Source of the DNA: Candidatus Poribacteria bacterium
GTDB taxonomy: Bacteria > Poribacteria > WGA-4E > WGA-3G
Length of the DNA: 64,000 bases
Direction of reading: 5' to 3'
Assembly: GCA_963665235.2 (NCBI GenBank)
Contig: CAXXLX010000002.1
Location: 704,001-768,000 of the forward strand
Both the position numbers and the translations under genes were made by a program. Positions within the stretch are counted from its first letter, which is position 1. Each line of letters opens with the position of its first letter. Under the pieces are notes generated by a model. The model saw only the letters and a program-made list of their open reading frames with translations, did not search any database and had not been told where the DNA came from. Shown piece by piece: positions 50,530-61,609 of the stretch.

Positions 50530-53247
50530 CTAAAGTGGCTCTAACCTGACCGGGCACACCTTCAATTCGGCAGTGTGGGTAATCGGGTCGTATCCTGAAC
50601 CGGTCAATAAATTGACAGGCACATCCGCGAAACTGAAGCTGGCGAAAACGGTGCCGCGCGGGGAACGATTTGTCGCTTTGACTTTAATCGTGATACTTCC
50701 ACGGGCACTGCTCATTTTGCACCACTCCCCATCTGTCAAGTTCAATTTCTCAATATCGGCGGGATTCACCTCAAGTGTTTCTTCAGGTAACAGATAATCA
50801 ATCCCTTGTGCGCGTCCTGTTTGCGTGCGGGTGTGATAAGATGCTAGTCTCCTACCTGTCGTTAGCCATATCGGGAACGTCTCGCTGATAGTTTCAGCGG
50901 GGTCGCGATAATGAACCGTTGAAAAGATGCCTCTTCCATTGACGAACGTTTCCTCATGCAGACGCGGTGTGCCGGGGTGCTCTTTATGCGGCACGGGCCA
51001 CTGATATTCCCCTCGTTCAATACGTTCCCAATCCAAACCTGCGTAAATCGGGGAAAGACGACAGAGTTCATTGAAAATCGGTTTCGGTGCGTCAAAATCG
51101 AAACCTTTGACCCCGAGCCGTTGTGCGATTTGACAGATAATCCACCAATCCGGTTTTGCTTCACCGGGGGGTGGTACCGCGGCACGCATCCGTTGGACGC
51201 GGCGTTCCGTGTTTGTGCAAGCCCCATCCGTTTCACCCCAGGCGGTTGCAGGAAGGACCACATCGGCAAGGGCTGCAGTTTCAGTCAAGAAAATATCAAT
51301 CACAACGAGGTGCGCCAACGAACGGAGGGCATGTTCACAATGTTCCCGGTCTGGATCGGAGAGTAGCGTGTTCTCTCCATCAATTAGCATCGCATGGATG
51401 CTGTCGCCACAGAGTTCCAAGGCGGTCACTTTTGTGATACCCTTCTCTAGGTCAATCTCTCTGCCGTAAGCCGCACCGAATTTCGCCCGGTTTTCCGGTG
51501 CTGTGACAGTTTGAAAACCGGGGTAGTTATTGGGTAATGCGCCGCTGTCCCCCGCGCCCTGTATATTATTCTGCCCACGCATCGGGTTGATACCTGTTCC
51601 CTCGCGACCGACATTTCCTGTCATCAGTGCAAGGTTGCACAAGCTTTGAACGTTCTCAACCCCACAAATATGCTCCGTGATACCGAGTGTATAGTAGATT
51701 GCCCCTCTGTTTGCTGTGCCGTACCATTTCGCTGCGGTTTCAATATCCTCGGCAGGTACGCCGGTGATTGTCTCCGCCCATTCCGGTGTCCACTGACTAA
51801 TATGCTCAAAGAAGTCATCAAATCCGGTGGTGCGATTTGCGATGAATTCTTCATTGATCAAACCGTCTCGTGCGATGACGTGCGCCATTCCTAAAAGCAG
51901 TGCTGTATCTGAACCGACGCGGAGGGGTAGATAGAGATGCGACAGATCCGCGAGCCCGATACGCCTCGGATCGGCGACGATGAGTTTTGCGCCGCGGGCA
52001 ATCGCTTTCTTGAGCCCCGTCGCTGCAACAGGATGGCACTCTGTCATATTTGTGCCGATACAGAAGATAACATCCGGTTTCTGCATATCGACGAGCGGGT
52101 TAGACATTGCCCCACGTCCGATTGTCGCTGCCAGCCCGGCAACGGTGGGGGCATGTCAGGCACGGCTGCAATTGTCAATATAGTTCGTGCCGAACCCTGC
52201 GCGGATAAACTTCTGCATGAGATATGCGGCTTCACTCGGTGCACGCCCGGAGGCGATACCGTAGATGCTATGTCTGCCGTGTTCCGCATTGGCTTTCCTG
52301 AACCCTTCGGCAGCCCTATCCAGCGCGTCCTCCCACGTGGTCGCGTGTAGTTCACCATCTTCACCACGCACCAGCGGTGTTTTCAAGCGGTCCGGGTGTT
52401 GCACGAAGTCGTAAGCGAACTGCCCTTTAACACAGAGTGCGCCTTGATTGGCTGGCCCGTCCATCGCTGGATGAATGCCGACGATTTTCTCGTCTTTTGT
52501 AAGCACATCGACCGAGCAACCGACCCCACAATAGGCACATATCGTTCGCGTCTTGTCAATAGCGTTCGAAGTCGTAGGTACACCCTGTTGTGCTGTAGGT
52601 TCAGCAGCGCGTAGTGCTTTTTTATCTGCAAGCGCGCCTGTCGGGCAGGTCTGGATACACTGTCCACAGAAGGTGCATGCGGAGTCCTTGAGGGCCCCAT
52701 CAAATTCGGTCACAATCTGTGTATGAAACCCCCGGTTCATGACATTGATAGCGTGGTCGCCCTCCTGTTCCGCACAAACGCGTACACACCGATAGCAGGA
52801 GATGCAGAGTTCATAATCTCTGAGTATAAACGGATTTTCATCCTGTTTACTTGTGCCAGAGGTCTCACCTGTTATACGGGTGGTGTTAGCAGCGTATTTA
52901 TCACGGAGGGTTGCGAGTTCGCCAGAGGCATAGCCGCTCAAAGGGTCGACATCAACTTCACGATTTTCGCCAATAACCATTTCAAGTAGCGTTTTGCGGT
53001 ACGCCTCAATTGTGTCGGTTGCTGTGTGGACTACCATATCTGGGGTAGCTTTTGTTGTGCAAGCGGCTACGGGATTTCTTGCCCCCGCCAATTCAACGAT
53101 ACAAAGCCGACATCCGCCGAAGGGTTCAAGTCGGGGGTCGTAGCAGAGAGTCGGTATCTCCTTCTGATGGCGTTGTGCCACCTCAAGGACCGTTTCCCCC
53201 TCGGAGAATACAACCTCAACGCCATCAATTTCCATTTTATGTTTCAT
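50530..53247 (-). CDS. fdhF: Formate dehydrogenase alpha subunit, selenocysteine-containing (905 aa)
   Basis: NuoG-like Fe-S N-terminus, CAYCGVGC, NCSRA-UGA-HAPTV in frame with the downstream ORF, RGQNN. Confidence 0.92.
52108..52155 (-). promoter_or_regulatory. Bacterial SECIS-like hairpin
   Basis: CGUUGCC-GGGCU-GGCAGCG inside GCCCC/GGGGC, just 3' of the UGA at 52158-52156. Confidence 0.7.
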
Positions 53248-53275
53248 CGCGCTCACCTCACGCCGATAGACAATC

Positions 53276-54367
53276 CTATTCAGTCTTCGTAAAATCGATT
53301 TGCGGGACTTTGAGCTCACCAGCAAGGATTTTTGCTGCTGTTTCCTCAATCTTTTTTTGTACCGCTTCAGGCACCTTATCCTTCAATTTCGGATTATAGA
53401 CCATGGAGATTGCGTTGTCGGTTGACATTGTGTAAGTGTAAGGGTTCGATTTATCCGCTTTAAAGGTTCCCTCTTTCACATGCTTGGCAACGTCAACAAA
53501 TGCGCCCGGTGTAATCACAGCGTTAGCCAGTACAGTTTCTGGGGACACCACACTCTGGTCTCGGTTGGAGCCGAATGCGTAAACAACTTTTCCGGCAGTT
53601 TGTGCGGCTTTGACAGCTTCAAATACGCCGCGTCCGGCGGCATCCGCATTTGGGAAGATAAAGTCAATCCCTTCATCGATCTGCGCGCTTGCAAGTTCTT
53701 TACCCTTAACGCTGTTTTCCCAATCGCCGACATACCCGTAGCGGACCGCTGCGTCAGGGTTAACGCTTTCCACGCCCCCTTTAAACGCCATAAATGTGCT
53801 ATTAACAGATGGAATGTTCTGCCCGCCAATAACCCCGACTTTGTTTGTTTGCGTCATCATGCCTGCCATAATACCTAAAAGATAGGTTGCCTCTTCAAGC
53901 CGAAAGTTAATAGGGGCTATATTCGTTTGATAGGTCCCCCCGGATGTCGTAATGAAAACTGTTTCAGGAAAATCTGAAGCGACGGCCTTCGCCGGATCTT
54001 GATATTCATATCCATGTCCGAAGATGAGGTTATATTCTTCTGTTGCATAAGAGCGAAAATGTTCCTCCTGATCGGCGGGGGTTCGGCTTTCAACGTGACT
54101 AATTTTCGCGCCAAGCTCTTTTTCAATTGCGAGGAGTCCATCATAGGCGAGCGCGTTCCATCCTGCATCGCTAATAGAGGCAGGAAGAAGCATGGCCACC
54201 TTGAATTGGGTTTCCTGTGGCGTGTTGATTTGCTCTTTTTCCGTGTCGGTTTCGGCTTTCTTAGAAGAATCCGCACATCCGACCAGCACAAGACCGATTG
54301 CTAAAAGACATGCGCTGTATAACGCAGCGTGAAAGATGATTTTAATTGACCAATGTGTTTTTTTCAT
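53276..54367 (-). CDS. BMP-family ABC substrate-binding lipoprotein
   Basis: Lipobox LVGC; D.GWN, GHGYEY, NKVGVIGG. Confidence 0.9.
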   Translation of the reverse strand: MKKTHWSIKIIFHAALYSACLLAIGLVLVGCADSSKKAETDTEKEQINTPQETQFKVAMLLPASISDAGWNALAYDGLLAIEKELGAKISHVESRTPADQEEHFRSYATEEYNLIFGHGYEYQDPAKAVASDFPETVFITTSGGTYQTNIAPINFRLEEATYLLGIMAGMMTQTNKVGVIGGQNIPSVNSTFMAFKGGVESVNPDAAVRYGYVGDWENSVKGKELASAQIDEGIDFIFPNADAAGRGVFEAVKAAQTAGKVVYAFGSNRDQSVVSPETVLANAVITPGAFVDVAKHVKEGTFKADKSNPYTYTMSTDNAISMVYNPKLKDKVPEAVQKKIEETAAKILAGELKVPQIDFTKTE

Positions 54368-54527
54368 TAAAACGTTCTCCTCTGTATACTAAGATTGCAG
54401 ATATTATAGCATATTTGCGCGGAAAATGTAAAGTATTATGCTCTCTCCGAATTGAATTATTGACAAACAAACATAAATTTTGTAAAATAGCAAGCATACA
54501 CAATTTTTGTAGCGGAGGGAGAAAAAG

Positions 54528-55466
54528 ATGCGACAGCGCAAACTAGGAAATACAGGATTGCTCGTCTCTGAAATCGGTATGGGTACATGGGAGCTTGGCG
54601 GACGCGAATGGGGCGATATTAGCGAAACAGATGCCATCTCACTGCTACGATACGCCTTCGAAAAGGGAGTCACGTTCTACGATACAGCAGATCAGTACGG
54701 CGGCGGACGCGCCGAACGCCTGCTCGGTGAAGCCTTCTCGTCACTCGGCGACAGGGTCACCATCGCTACGAAACTTGGATATGAGCTAGACTCCGACGGA
54801 TGGATTAGCCAAGGGGGAAAAGTCCCAACGTTCAACGCATCGAAAGATTATATCCGACATGCAGTTGAAGGAAGCCTCACCCGATTGAAAAAGGATGCAA
54901 TAGATATTTATCAATTCCACGCGCCCCCACCTGCTGAAATGTGGGATGAAGCCTTCGAAACGATGGAAACCCTCAAATCAGAGGGGAAAATTCGTTTGTA
55001 CGGGTTATGCCTTGGAAACGAAGCGCAGGCACTTAAAGCAATAGCAAAAACAGGAATTTCTTCCTTGATGCTAACCTACAATATCCTTAATCAGGATATG
55101 GCGAAAACAGTGATGAACACCGCAGCGGAAAAAGGCATCGCAGTTGTAGCACGTCAACCGTTATCCTCCGGGCTGCTTTCTGGACATCTCAAGTCGGACA
55201 CCGTATTTGCAGAAAACGATTATCGGAAGACGTGGCCCCGCGAGAAATTCCTTGCCGATTTAGAACGTGTGGAAGAAATCAGATCGATACTTGGGGACAA
55301 AGTACGCAGCTTACCCCAAGCTGCGCTGAAATTTATTTTGGCGCATCCGGCAGTCTCTACCGTCATTCCCGGAATGATGACACCTGCGCAGGTTGACGAT
55401 GGCGTTGCAACCTCCGGGGCAGATTCACTCCCCGCGGCGATTATAGGAAAATTACGCGGCAATTAG
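54528..55466 (+). CDS. Aldo/keto reductase
   Basis: LG.TGL.VSEIG.G, DTADQYG, IATK, SLTRL, VIPG. Confidence 0.92.
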   Translation: MRQRKLGNTGLLVSEIGMGTWELGGREWGDISETDAISLLRYAFEKGVTFYDTADQYGGGRAERLLGEAFSSLGDRVTIATKLGYELDSDGWISQGGKVPTFNASKDYIRHAVEGSLTRLKKDAIDIYQFHAPPPAEMWDEAFETMETLKSEGKIRLYGLCLGNEAQALKAIAKTGISSLMLTYNILNQDMAKTVMNTAAEKGIAVVARQPLSSGLLSGHLKSDTVFAENDYRKTWPREKFLADLERVEEIRSILGDKVRSLPQAALKFILAHPAVSTVIPGMMTPAQVDDGVATSGADSLPAAIIGKLRGN

Positions 55467-55490
55467 TAGACATTATGCCAATCTACGAGT

Positions 55491-55650
55491 ACGTCTGTTT
55501 CGTTAAGAGGCGCGGTGCGTAGGGGCGGGGTTTCCCCGCCCGCTTTGCAGTTACGTCTGTTTCGTTAAGAGGCGCGGTGCGTAGGGGCGGGGTTTCCCCG
55601 CCCGCTTTGCAGTCCTGGTTATAGGGCGAGGGGACCCCGCCCCTACAAGG
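55491..55650. repeat. Two 62-bp tandem units plus an inverted GTAG-type REP
   Basis: GTAGGGGCGGGGTTTCCCCGCCC hairpins. Confidence 0.8.
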
Positions 55651-55681
55651 CTTAGTGCTAAATTTGCGTCTGTCCTGCCTA

Positions 55682-57799
55682 TTAAAAACTCTGTCTGCCC
55701 ACGGCCATGTTTTGTGCCCTATCAGTCACGCGAATAATGATGCTATGTTCCCCTTCGGGAAGTTCCCCTGTTTCCAATAGCAGTGTTTCCTGTTTAGAAT
55801 CGAAGATTCCATCATCAGGAAAGATAACCTTCCAATGTTCGTCGTTATCAATCTTATAAACCGCTTTCAAGACAGAGTTCATTGTATCCGTAACATCACA
55901 GGTGATTTTGTAGGAGCCATTACCGTTGGCAACAACTTGGATTTCACCGACAGACGGGTCAGTATTATCGATGTCGAACGGTCGACTGACCTTCTCGGCG
56001 GATTTTGCCCATCCTACCGGATTGCTGAGTTTGTCGGTTGCGCTGACCTTCAGCTCATACCTTCCATCAGCGATAGCGGTGATATCCCAATCGTAACTCG
56101 TTTTTACCAATTCCTTTTTAAGAAGTTTCCAGTTCTCTTCGCCGACGGCTCTATAGTGGAGGGTGTACTGTAAAGTATCTTTATTTGCATCTTCCACCTT
56201 CCATTCAACTTTCCAGTTTTTCGCCTGCGCGCCGGATGCACCGCTTCCGCCGCTACTGCCTGAACGCATTGCACCGGGAGGCGGGCCACCGCCTGATGAA
56301 CGACTCCCCGCACTGCCCTGGCCGACAGTCAGGCTGTTAACCTGGGGTTCAACGTTCGTTTGTGCTGAGGCGAGTGTAACCTTTTTGAGTAGCGGCGTTT
56401 GCGCTGGGTCAGTGGTTGTGAATTTCGCACGCCACTGTATGTACTGCCCATCGGCATTAGGAATTTGGGACCCTTCTGCGGTTGTCAGTTCTTCCGACCA
56501 ATCGTTCCAGGTGTCATCCGGTTTTCGGGTGTTGCCGGAACGTGTTGCAAACGTGATTGAAGTACCTTCTACTATCTCCGCTTCCCAAGAAAGTTTTCCC
56601 CAGCGAGACAAGCTTTGAGCATTGTGGACAGTAGATTCAAGCGTTCCTTCTTCAACATACGTTGATGTTAGCGTAAAAAGTTTACCGGGATTTCCTCCCG
56701 CAAGGAGTGTGTACCTGCCCTCCTCCTGTTCCACGTGGTGTATAGCAATGATATTCTCCGCAGAACATTTGCCAAGCATTTCAGACTCACCTGTGTGTGT
56801 GTATACCCTGTATAACTTTCCTTTATCGCCAGTGCCCGCTAAAATTTGCGTATCGTTTTCCAAAACAATTGTCTGGATAATTGGTTCAGGCGAATCCCAT
56901 ACGCGTGCTGCGGTTCCATCCGGCCGAATTCTATAGATATAAGATTTGTTTTCCACCGGCGGGCCGCTGCCAGGGGCCGGGGGCGGTTTCACAGAGGGCG
57001 GGCCGCTGGACCGTCGGGGACTACTTCTATCAGGCGGTGCTGAGGTGACGACTGCAGCGTAAAGGGTACCTTGACTGTCTAAGGCAAGTGCGCGCACCTC
57101 TCTCTCTTTTGCCTGATACACTACGTTTGCGGTGCCATCGTGTGCCACTTTATAGATAATGCCGTTGCCGCCACTTCCGACATAGAATCCATCCTTGTAT
57201 GGAACGATAGACATGATATTTTTTTCTTCGACATCAAAGAAAACACTAGATTCCCCATCAGGCGTGATTTTGTAAATCTTCCCATCGGTTCCCGTTACAG
57301 CGTAGAGGTTCCCTTCATCGTCCAGGTGCATCGCCCAGACGTACTTGTCCCCTTCACTCAGAATCGTTTGGGGTGGAGTTTCCGCATCGGTAATTTTGTA
57401 AATCAGTCCATCGGGGCCTGTGCCAGCATAAAGGGCCCCATCTTGCCCGATGGCGAGGCTATAAATGACCACTTCAGGCGAATCGTAAAAGAGCGTAGAT
57501 GTTTTGCCATCCGCGCTAATTTTATAAATTTTGCCCTGGGTACCCGTGCCCGCATAGATGTTCCCTTCATCATCCTCAACGAGTGCCCACACCTGTGTTT
57601 CCTTCAAATCCGCGAAGGTGTCTACTTTGAGAGACAGTTTGACATCTCCCGTGCTTGTGACTGTCATGTTTTTGAGCTCGCCCTCTTCAAAATGTGCTTG
57701 TTGATGCTGTTCCCACAAGGAAGTTGTCACAGCAGGGGCGAGGCTAGCGTAAATTAAAACGGTTGCAATAAGACTCCAGAAAGAGACGAAACGGCGCAT
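55682..57799 (-). CDS. Secreted beta-propeller plus fibronectin/Ig-like protein
   Basis: Repeated G.LYAGTG..G.IYKI; RSGNT..PD..W..WS; signal peptide. Confidence 0.8.
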   Translation of the reverse strand: MRRFVSFWSLIATVLIYASLAPAVTTSLWEQHQQAHFEEGELKNMTVTSTGDVKLSLKVDTFADLKETQVWALVEDDEGNIYAGTGTQGKIYKISADGKTSTLFYDSPEVVIYSLAIGQDGALYAGTGPDGLIYKITDAETPPQTILSEGDKYVWAMHLDDEGNLYAVTGTDGKIYKITPDGESSVFFDVEEKNIMSIVPYKDGFYVGSGGNGIIYKVAHDGTANVVYQAKEREVRALALDSQGTLYAAVVTSAPPDRSSPRRSSGPPSVKPPPAPGSGPPVENKSYIYRIRPDGTAARVWDSPEPIIQTIVLENDTQILAGTGDKGKLYRVYTHTGESEMLGKCSAENIIAIHHVEQEEGRYTLLAGGNPGKLFTLTSTYVEEGTLESTVHNAQSLSRWGKLSWEAEIVEGTSITFATRSGNTRKPDDTWNDWSEELTTAEGSQIPNADGQYIQWRAKFTTTDPAQTPLLKKVTLASAQTNVEPQVNSLTVGQGSAGSRSSGGGPPPGAMRSGSSGGSGASGAQAKNWKVEWKVEDANKDTLQYTLHYRAVGEENWKLLKKELVKTSYDWDITAIADGRYELKVSATDKLSNPVGWAKSAEKVSRPFDIDNTDPSVGEIQVVANGNGSYKITCDVTDTMNSVLKAVYKIDNDEHWKVIFPDDGIFDSKQETLLLETGELPEGEHSIIIRVTDRAQNMAVGRQSF

Positions 57800-57854
57800 G
57801 AAAAATATCCTCCTCTAAATTGCGCAATAATTAACAAAAAATCCGAACCCTCGG

Positions 57855-59747
57855 TTATGGTGCATTTCTATCAACAGCAAACCGCATCGAAGCACTTCCA
57901 AGGATAACGTAGTCTGTTATAACTTTGTCTGTGTGTAAGGTTGTACCCATTGTGTACCCACTTTCCCCAACTTTCCGCGCGGTATTCATGACAGACATGA
58001 CAGAAATCGGAAGGTCAGAGAATTCCTCACCCTGAACGGTTAGTCCCGCTTTCGGTACAGAGAGTTTCAAGATGATATTGGTGTTAAGTTCACCGCGTTG
58101 CAATAATGCGATTAACTGATTGACGTTTTTCGGACGAAAATTAAGCGGTGCTCGCGAGCGTTCCCATGAGGTGTATGAACTTGAACTCATCGCGAGAAGC
58201 ATAACAATTCCATCAGGCGTATCCTCTGGAATGGTAATCGTGCCTGTCAGCGTAATCGGTTGCTCTAGATACGGACGCAGCAGGAACGTTATTTTGACCT
58301 CTTCTCCGGGGCGATAGCGAAGTTTATCCAGCTTGGCCTCGATTATCCCTGCAGTTTTCCGCTTATCCTCAATTTTTACATCAAAATTCACCGCCTCCAC
58401 TTTTACTTTGGTATACGGATTGAGTATCAAATCCATCAGCGGGTTCACAACGGAACGGGAAACATTTAGCCCAGGGGAGCCGCTGGAAGAATAGATGTTT
58501 TTTAAGACAATTTTTTGTGTGTCTAACTCCGGATGCTCCTTAAGGGTAATCGTTGTCTTTGCATTCACTGTGTGGTCATTCCCGTAGAATTCCATCGCAT
58601 CTATTACATTTGCAATTCCAATTCCGGTATATAATGCTGAGAAACCCTGATCGCGAATTACCTCATAGTATACATCATGTTCTTTCCTATCAGTCGTCCG
58701 GACCTTTGCTGTCACGGGTATATAATGATGCGTATCCGGGAGCTTTTTAATCAGTCCAGCAATTGCTGGGTCTCGATCTTGTACCAAGGTCCCAATCGGT
58801 TGTGTAGGCGATGCTACTTTGCTTGAGCGACTGCTGCTCGGAAGAATAAAATGGACAAACCCGCCAGAAATTGGTAGGTTCACATTGCCTTCCCCCGAAG
58901 CGGAGTGCCCGTACGCCAGTAATTCATTTCCATCGACATAGGTGATAGTCCCATAGCCGAAAGCAGTGTAGTCACCCCTTACAAATTCGGTACCGATTGC
59001 CTGCCCCTCTTCGACCGGCGATTTTTTAACAGGTCCACTTCCCCCTGCCGCTTGAACGGGCAGCATGTTCCATTTTTCAAAAACCGGTTTAAGAAAGTGC
59101 ATCGTTGCTGCATCGAGCCGTGGCAGGGTGACAGGTATTGCTAACCGCAAGGAATTCTCTTGTGTGTTTAAGGGGTACTCTGAAGACATTTTACTACGGT
59201 CAAGAGAATTTTGAGGGAGTGCACTATCACCCTTCGAAATAAGGGCTGGCACCATATCCAGACCATCTGATACATATTCCGAGCCGATGTCAAAGAGCTG
59301 GGCTCCCGCGTATCTAAGGTTAGGTTTCATGCCGCGTGCTGCGACATCTATCATTAATTCAATAGGCGTTACGCCGAAGAGATTTGCATGTTCCCGTTGG
59401 TTGAAATAACCGAGCGAAAGGGCTCCCATGAGCCGTCCATCAATGTAAATGGGGCTGCCGCTCATACCCCCCGCAACGCCGGTACGCTTAAAGTTATCGC
59501 TGGTCCCTTTTGCCCAGACGACATGCCATCTCGGATATGCGTTGTACTCAATACTCACAACCTCAAAATCAAATTCTTCAACCGTTGTTCCAGAAAAGAC
59601 TGTGTAACCTTTCCCTGTCATGCCCGGTTCTACTTCAGACAACGGCATAAATTTCTCAGCGTCCCATTTAATCTGAGCGTACCCGTGGAATGCAGCCAAG
59701 CAGAAAACCACAAGTGCACAAAGCAAAATCTTTTTCACAATTTTCAC
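57855..59747 (-). CDS. SpoIVB peptidase S55 domain protein
   Basis: GM.G.GYTVF.G, GVAGGMSGSP.YIDG.L.GA, GT.TY.DG...AYGH. Confidence 0.85.
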   Translation of the reverse strand: MKIVKKILLCALVVFCLAAFHGYAQIKWDAEKFMPLSEVEPGMTGKGYTVFSGTTVEEFDFEVVSIEYNAYPRWHVVWAKGTSDNFKRTGVAGGMSGSPIYIDGRLMGALSLGYFNQREHANLFGVTPIELMIDVAARGMKPNLRYAGAQLFDIGSEYVSDGLDMVPALISKGDSALPQNSLDRSKMSSEYPLNTQENSLRLAIPVTLPRLDAATMHFLKPVFEKWNMLPVQAAGGSGPVKKSPVEEGQAIGTEFVRGDYTAFGYGTITYVDGNELLAYGHSASGEGNVNLPISGGFVHFILPSSSRSSKVASPTQPIGTLVQDRDPAIAGLIKKLPDTHHYIPVTAKVRTTDRKEHDVYYEVIRDQGFSALYTGIGIANVIDAMEFYGNDHTVNAKTTITLKEHPELDTQKIVLKNIYSSSGSPGLNVSRSVVNPLMDLILNPYTKVKVEAVNFDVKIEDKRKTAGIIEAKLDKLRYRPGEEVKITFLLRPYLEQPITLTGTITIPEDTPDGIVMLLAMSSSSYTSWERSRAPLNFRPKNVNQLIALLQRGELNTNIILKLSVPKAGLTVQGEEFSDLPISVMSVMNTARKVGESGYTMGTTLHTDKVITDYVILGSASMRFAVDRNAP

Positions 59748-60103
59748 TCCTCTCTGATATATCGAAAATTGAGTATCGTGTGTGACGGTACAAAACCGTT
59801 ATGTCCAAGAAACTGTGCCATTTTTCAAAAATAGGTGCACGTATTTGTCACACTACGAACGGTTTAAGGTTTAAATAAAGTTTAGTCGAATTTCCTCGTA
59901 ATATAAGATAGCATATTAAACTGACACCTGTCAATCTAAAAATCAGGGTCATGGCGAAAAATATGGAGAACTAAATAACCCTGGGGTGTGTAAATATTTT
60001 GCCCCTGGGTCTCGATGTAGCATTTAGCTTCCCACTGTTTGTAGATGTGCTTTGCTATGAATAACCAACGCGTTTACAAAGCACACCCACATGGAGGCAT
60101 ACG

Positions 60104-61309
60104 TTACCACTCTATATCCTCGAGAGATTGTGCCTCTAACACCTGCGTGAATATGGCATCTAGGCGTTTGAGGCTGCGCATCCTCCCGATTTTACGAGTA
60201 AGTTCATCCGGCACATCGTCGAACCGTGTGTGTAGGGTTTTCAGGGTAACCTCACGTTTCGCACGAACTTCACCGCGTTGTTCGCCGCGTTGTTCGCCGA
60301 TTTCTATTCCGCGTTGTTCGCCGATTTCTATTCCGCGTTGTTCGCCGATTTCTATTCCGCGTTGTTCGCCGCGTTGTTCGCCGCGTTGTTCGCCGATTTC
60401 TATTCCGCGTTGTTCGCCGGCTTTCATGCCATCCTCAAAAAGGGATTGGGCTATTGTTTGCACTCTTGATTCCTCCTTCGCTCTAAGCGATTTATCCTCT
60501 ATCAAATCGTGAATCACATGAACTAAACCTTCACGCTCTTCACGCGGCCTACGACCAAAAATCAACATATACAGATACGACAAAACTTTGTCACGCTGGT
60601 TTGCTTCATCAGGGCCAAGCGATAGCAGACGCTCCACCGTTGAAACTATTGCCGAACGCAACGCCGCCTCACTCTCATGTTCCTGTTGTAATACCGTCAA
60701 ACCCCAACCCAACGGATGATCCGGCCCAGTCAACGTCTCCGCAGACGTGTGCTTCACATCTAACAACAGAAAACGACACTCCGGAACATATACGTCAAAA
60801 GGACCACGCGGCGTTGACAACTCACGCAACGACAACGGAGCTGACCATCTCCGGTCCCCTGTGTAAAACAGTATACCAATCACAGTTGGCAAACGCCACT
60901 CACTCAGAGGAAGCGACTTCGATTTATGCTCACTGAGATTCCTATCCCATATCTGCGACATATAAGAATGTAAACGATACGCCATTAGCGAGTCAACCGA
61001 TGACTGATGTTCTACCAACACATAAATAGGTAACGTCTCCCGTTCTGCCTCTGATTTGCCAACACCTTGAACTGGAACGCTATACAGCAAATCCGACTCC
61101 TCTTTTCGCAGATCCCTCGAAATAAAAGTCGTCTCCTGCTGAACAGCATTCTCAAAATCGAGATACGGCACAATGGGACTGTCAACGAGCTGCACGAGAC
61201 CCCGCAAGTTATACCAAGTGTCAAGAAGCCAAAGCGAGCTCCGCTCCGGAAATTGCCGTAGTTCTGAATAATCAAGCGCATCCAACCCGCTGGTTATTTT
61301 ATTGTTCAT
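60104..61309 (-). CDS. Rpn (YhgA-like) PD-(D/E)xK nuclease family protein
   Basis: SDLLYSV, YVLVEHQS, MAYRL..Y, FYTG; C-terminal GEQRGIEI repeats. Confidence 0.9.
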   Translation of the reverse strand: MNNKITSGLDALDYSELRQFPERSSLWLLDTWYNLRGLVQLVDSPIVPYLDFENAVQQETTFISRDLRKEESDLLYSVPVQGVGKSEAERETLPIYVLVEHQSSVDSLMAYRLHSYMSQIWDRNLSEHKSKSLPLSEWRLPTVIGILFYTGDRRWSAPLSLRELSTPRGPFDVYVPECRFLLLDVKHTSAETLTGPDHPLGWGLTVLQQEHESEAALRSAIVSTVERLLSLGPDEANQRDKVLSYLYMLIFGRRPREEREGLVHVIHDLIEDKSLRAKEESRVQTIAQSLFEDGMKAGEQRGIEIGEQRGEQRGEQRGIEIGEQRGIEIGEQRGIEIGEQRGEQRGEVRAKREVTLKTLHTRFDDVPDELTRKIGRMRSLKRLDAIFTQVLEAQSLEDIEW

Positions 61310-61609
61310 AAATTCCCTCCTTTTCTAATTTTTCTAATGAAGGGATATTCTCTAGCCAACCCATTATAGAATAACATACTTCACAGAAAATGTCAAATGA
61401 ATTGGCGGCGAGATTTAAATTTTTTCACTTGACCTACTTTCACTACTAGGTTAAAATAGTGTAACGTGCATTCGGTCTAAAGTCAGGTTTCGGTGCTGCG
61501 TCCATTGCCGGTTAGGTTAAACTTGGAAAATCCTTAAGTTGACCAGTTATGGATTGAACGCAGCGGAACTGGACACCTTACGAACCCTACACGATACAAA
61601 CGGAGTTGA

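Noticed and set aside
50530-53349. FDH as two genes or a nonsense pseudogene
   Set aside because: The UGA is at the Sec position, in frame, with a SECIS-like hairpin
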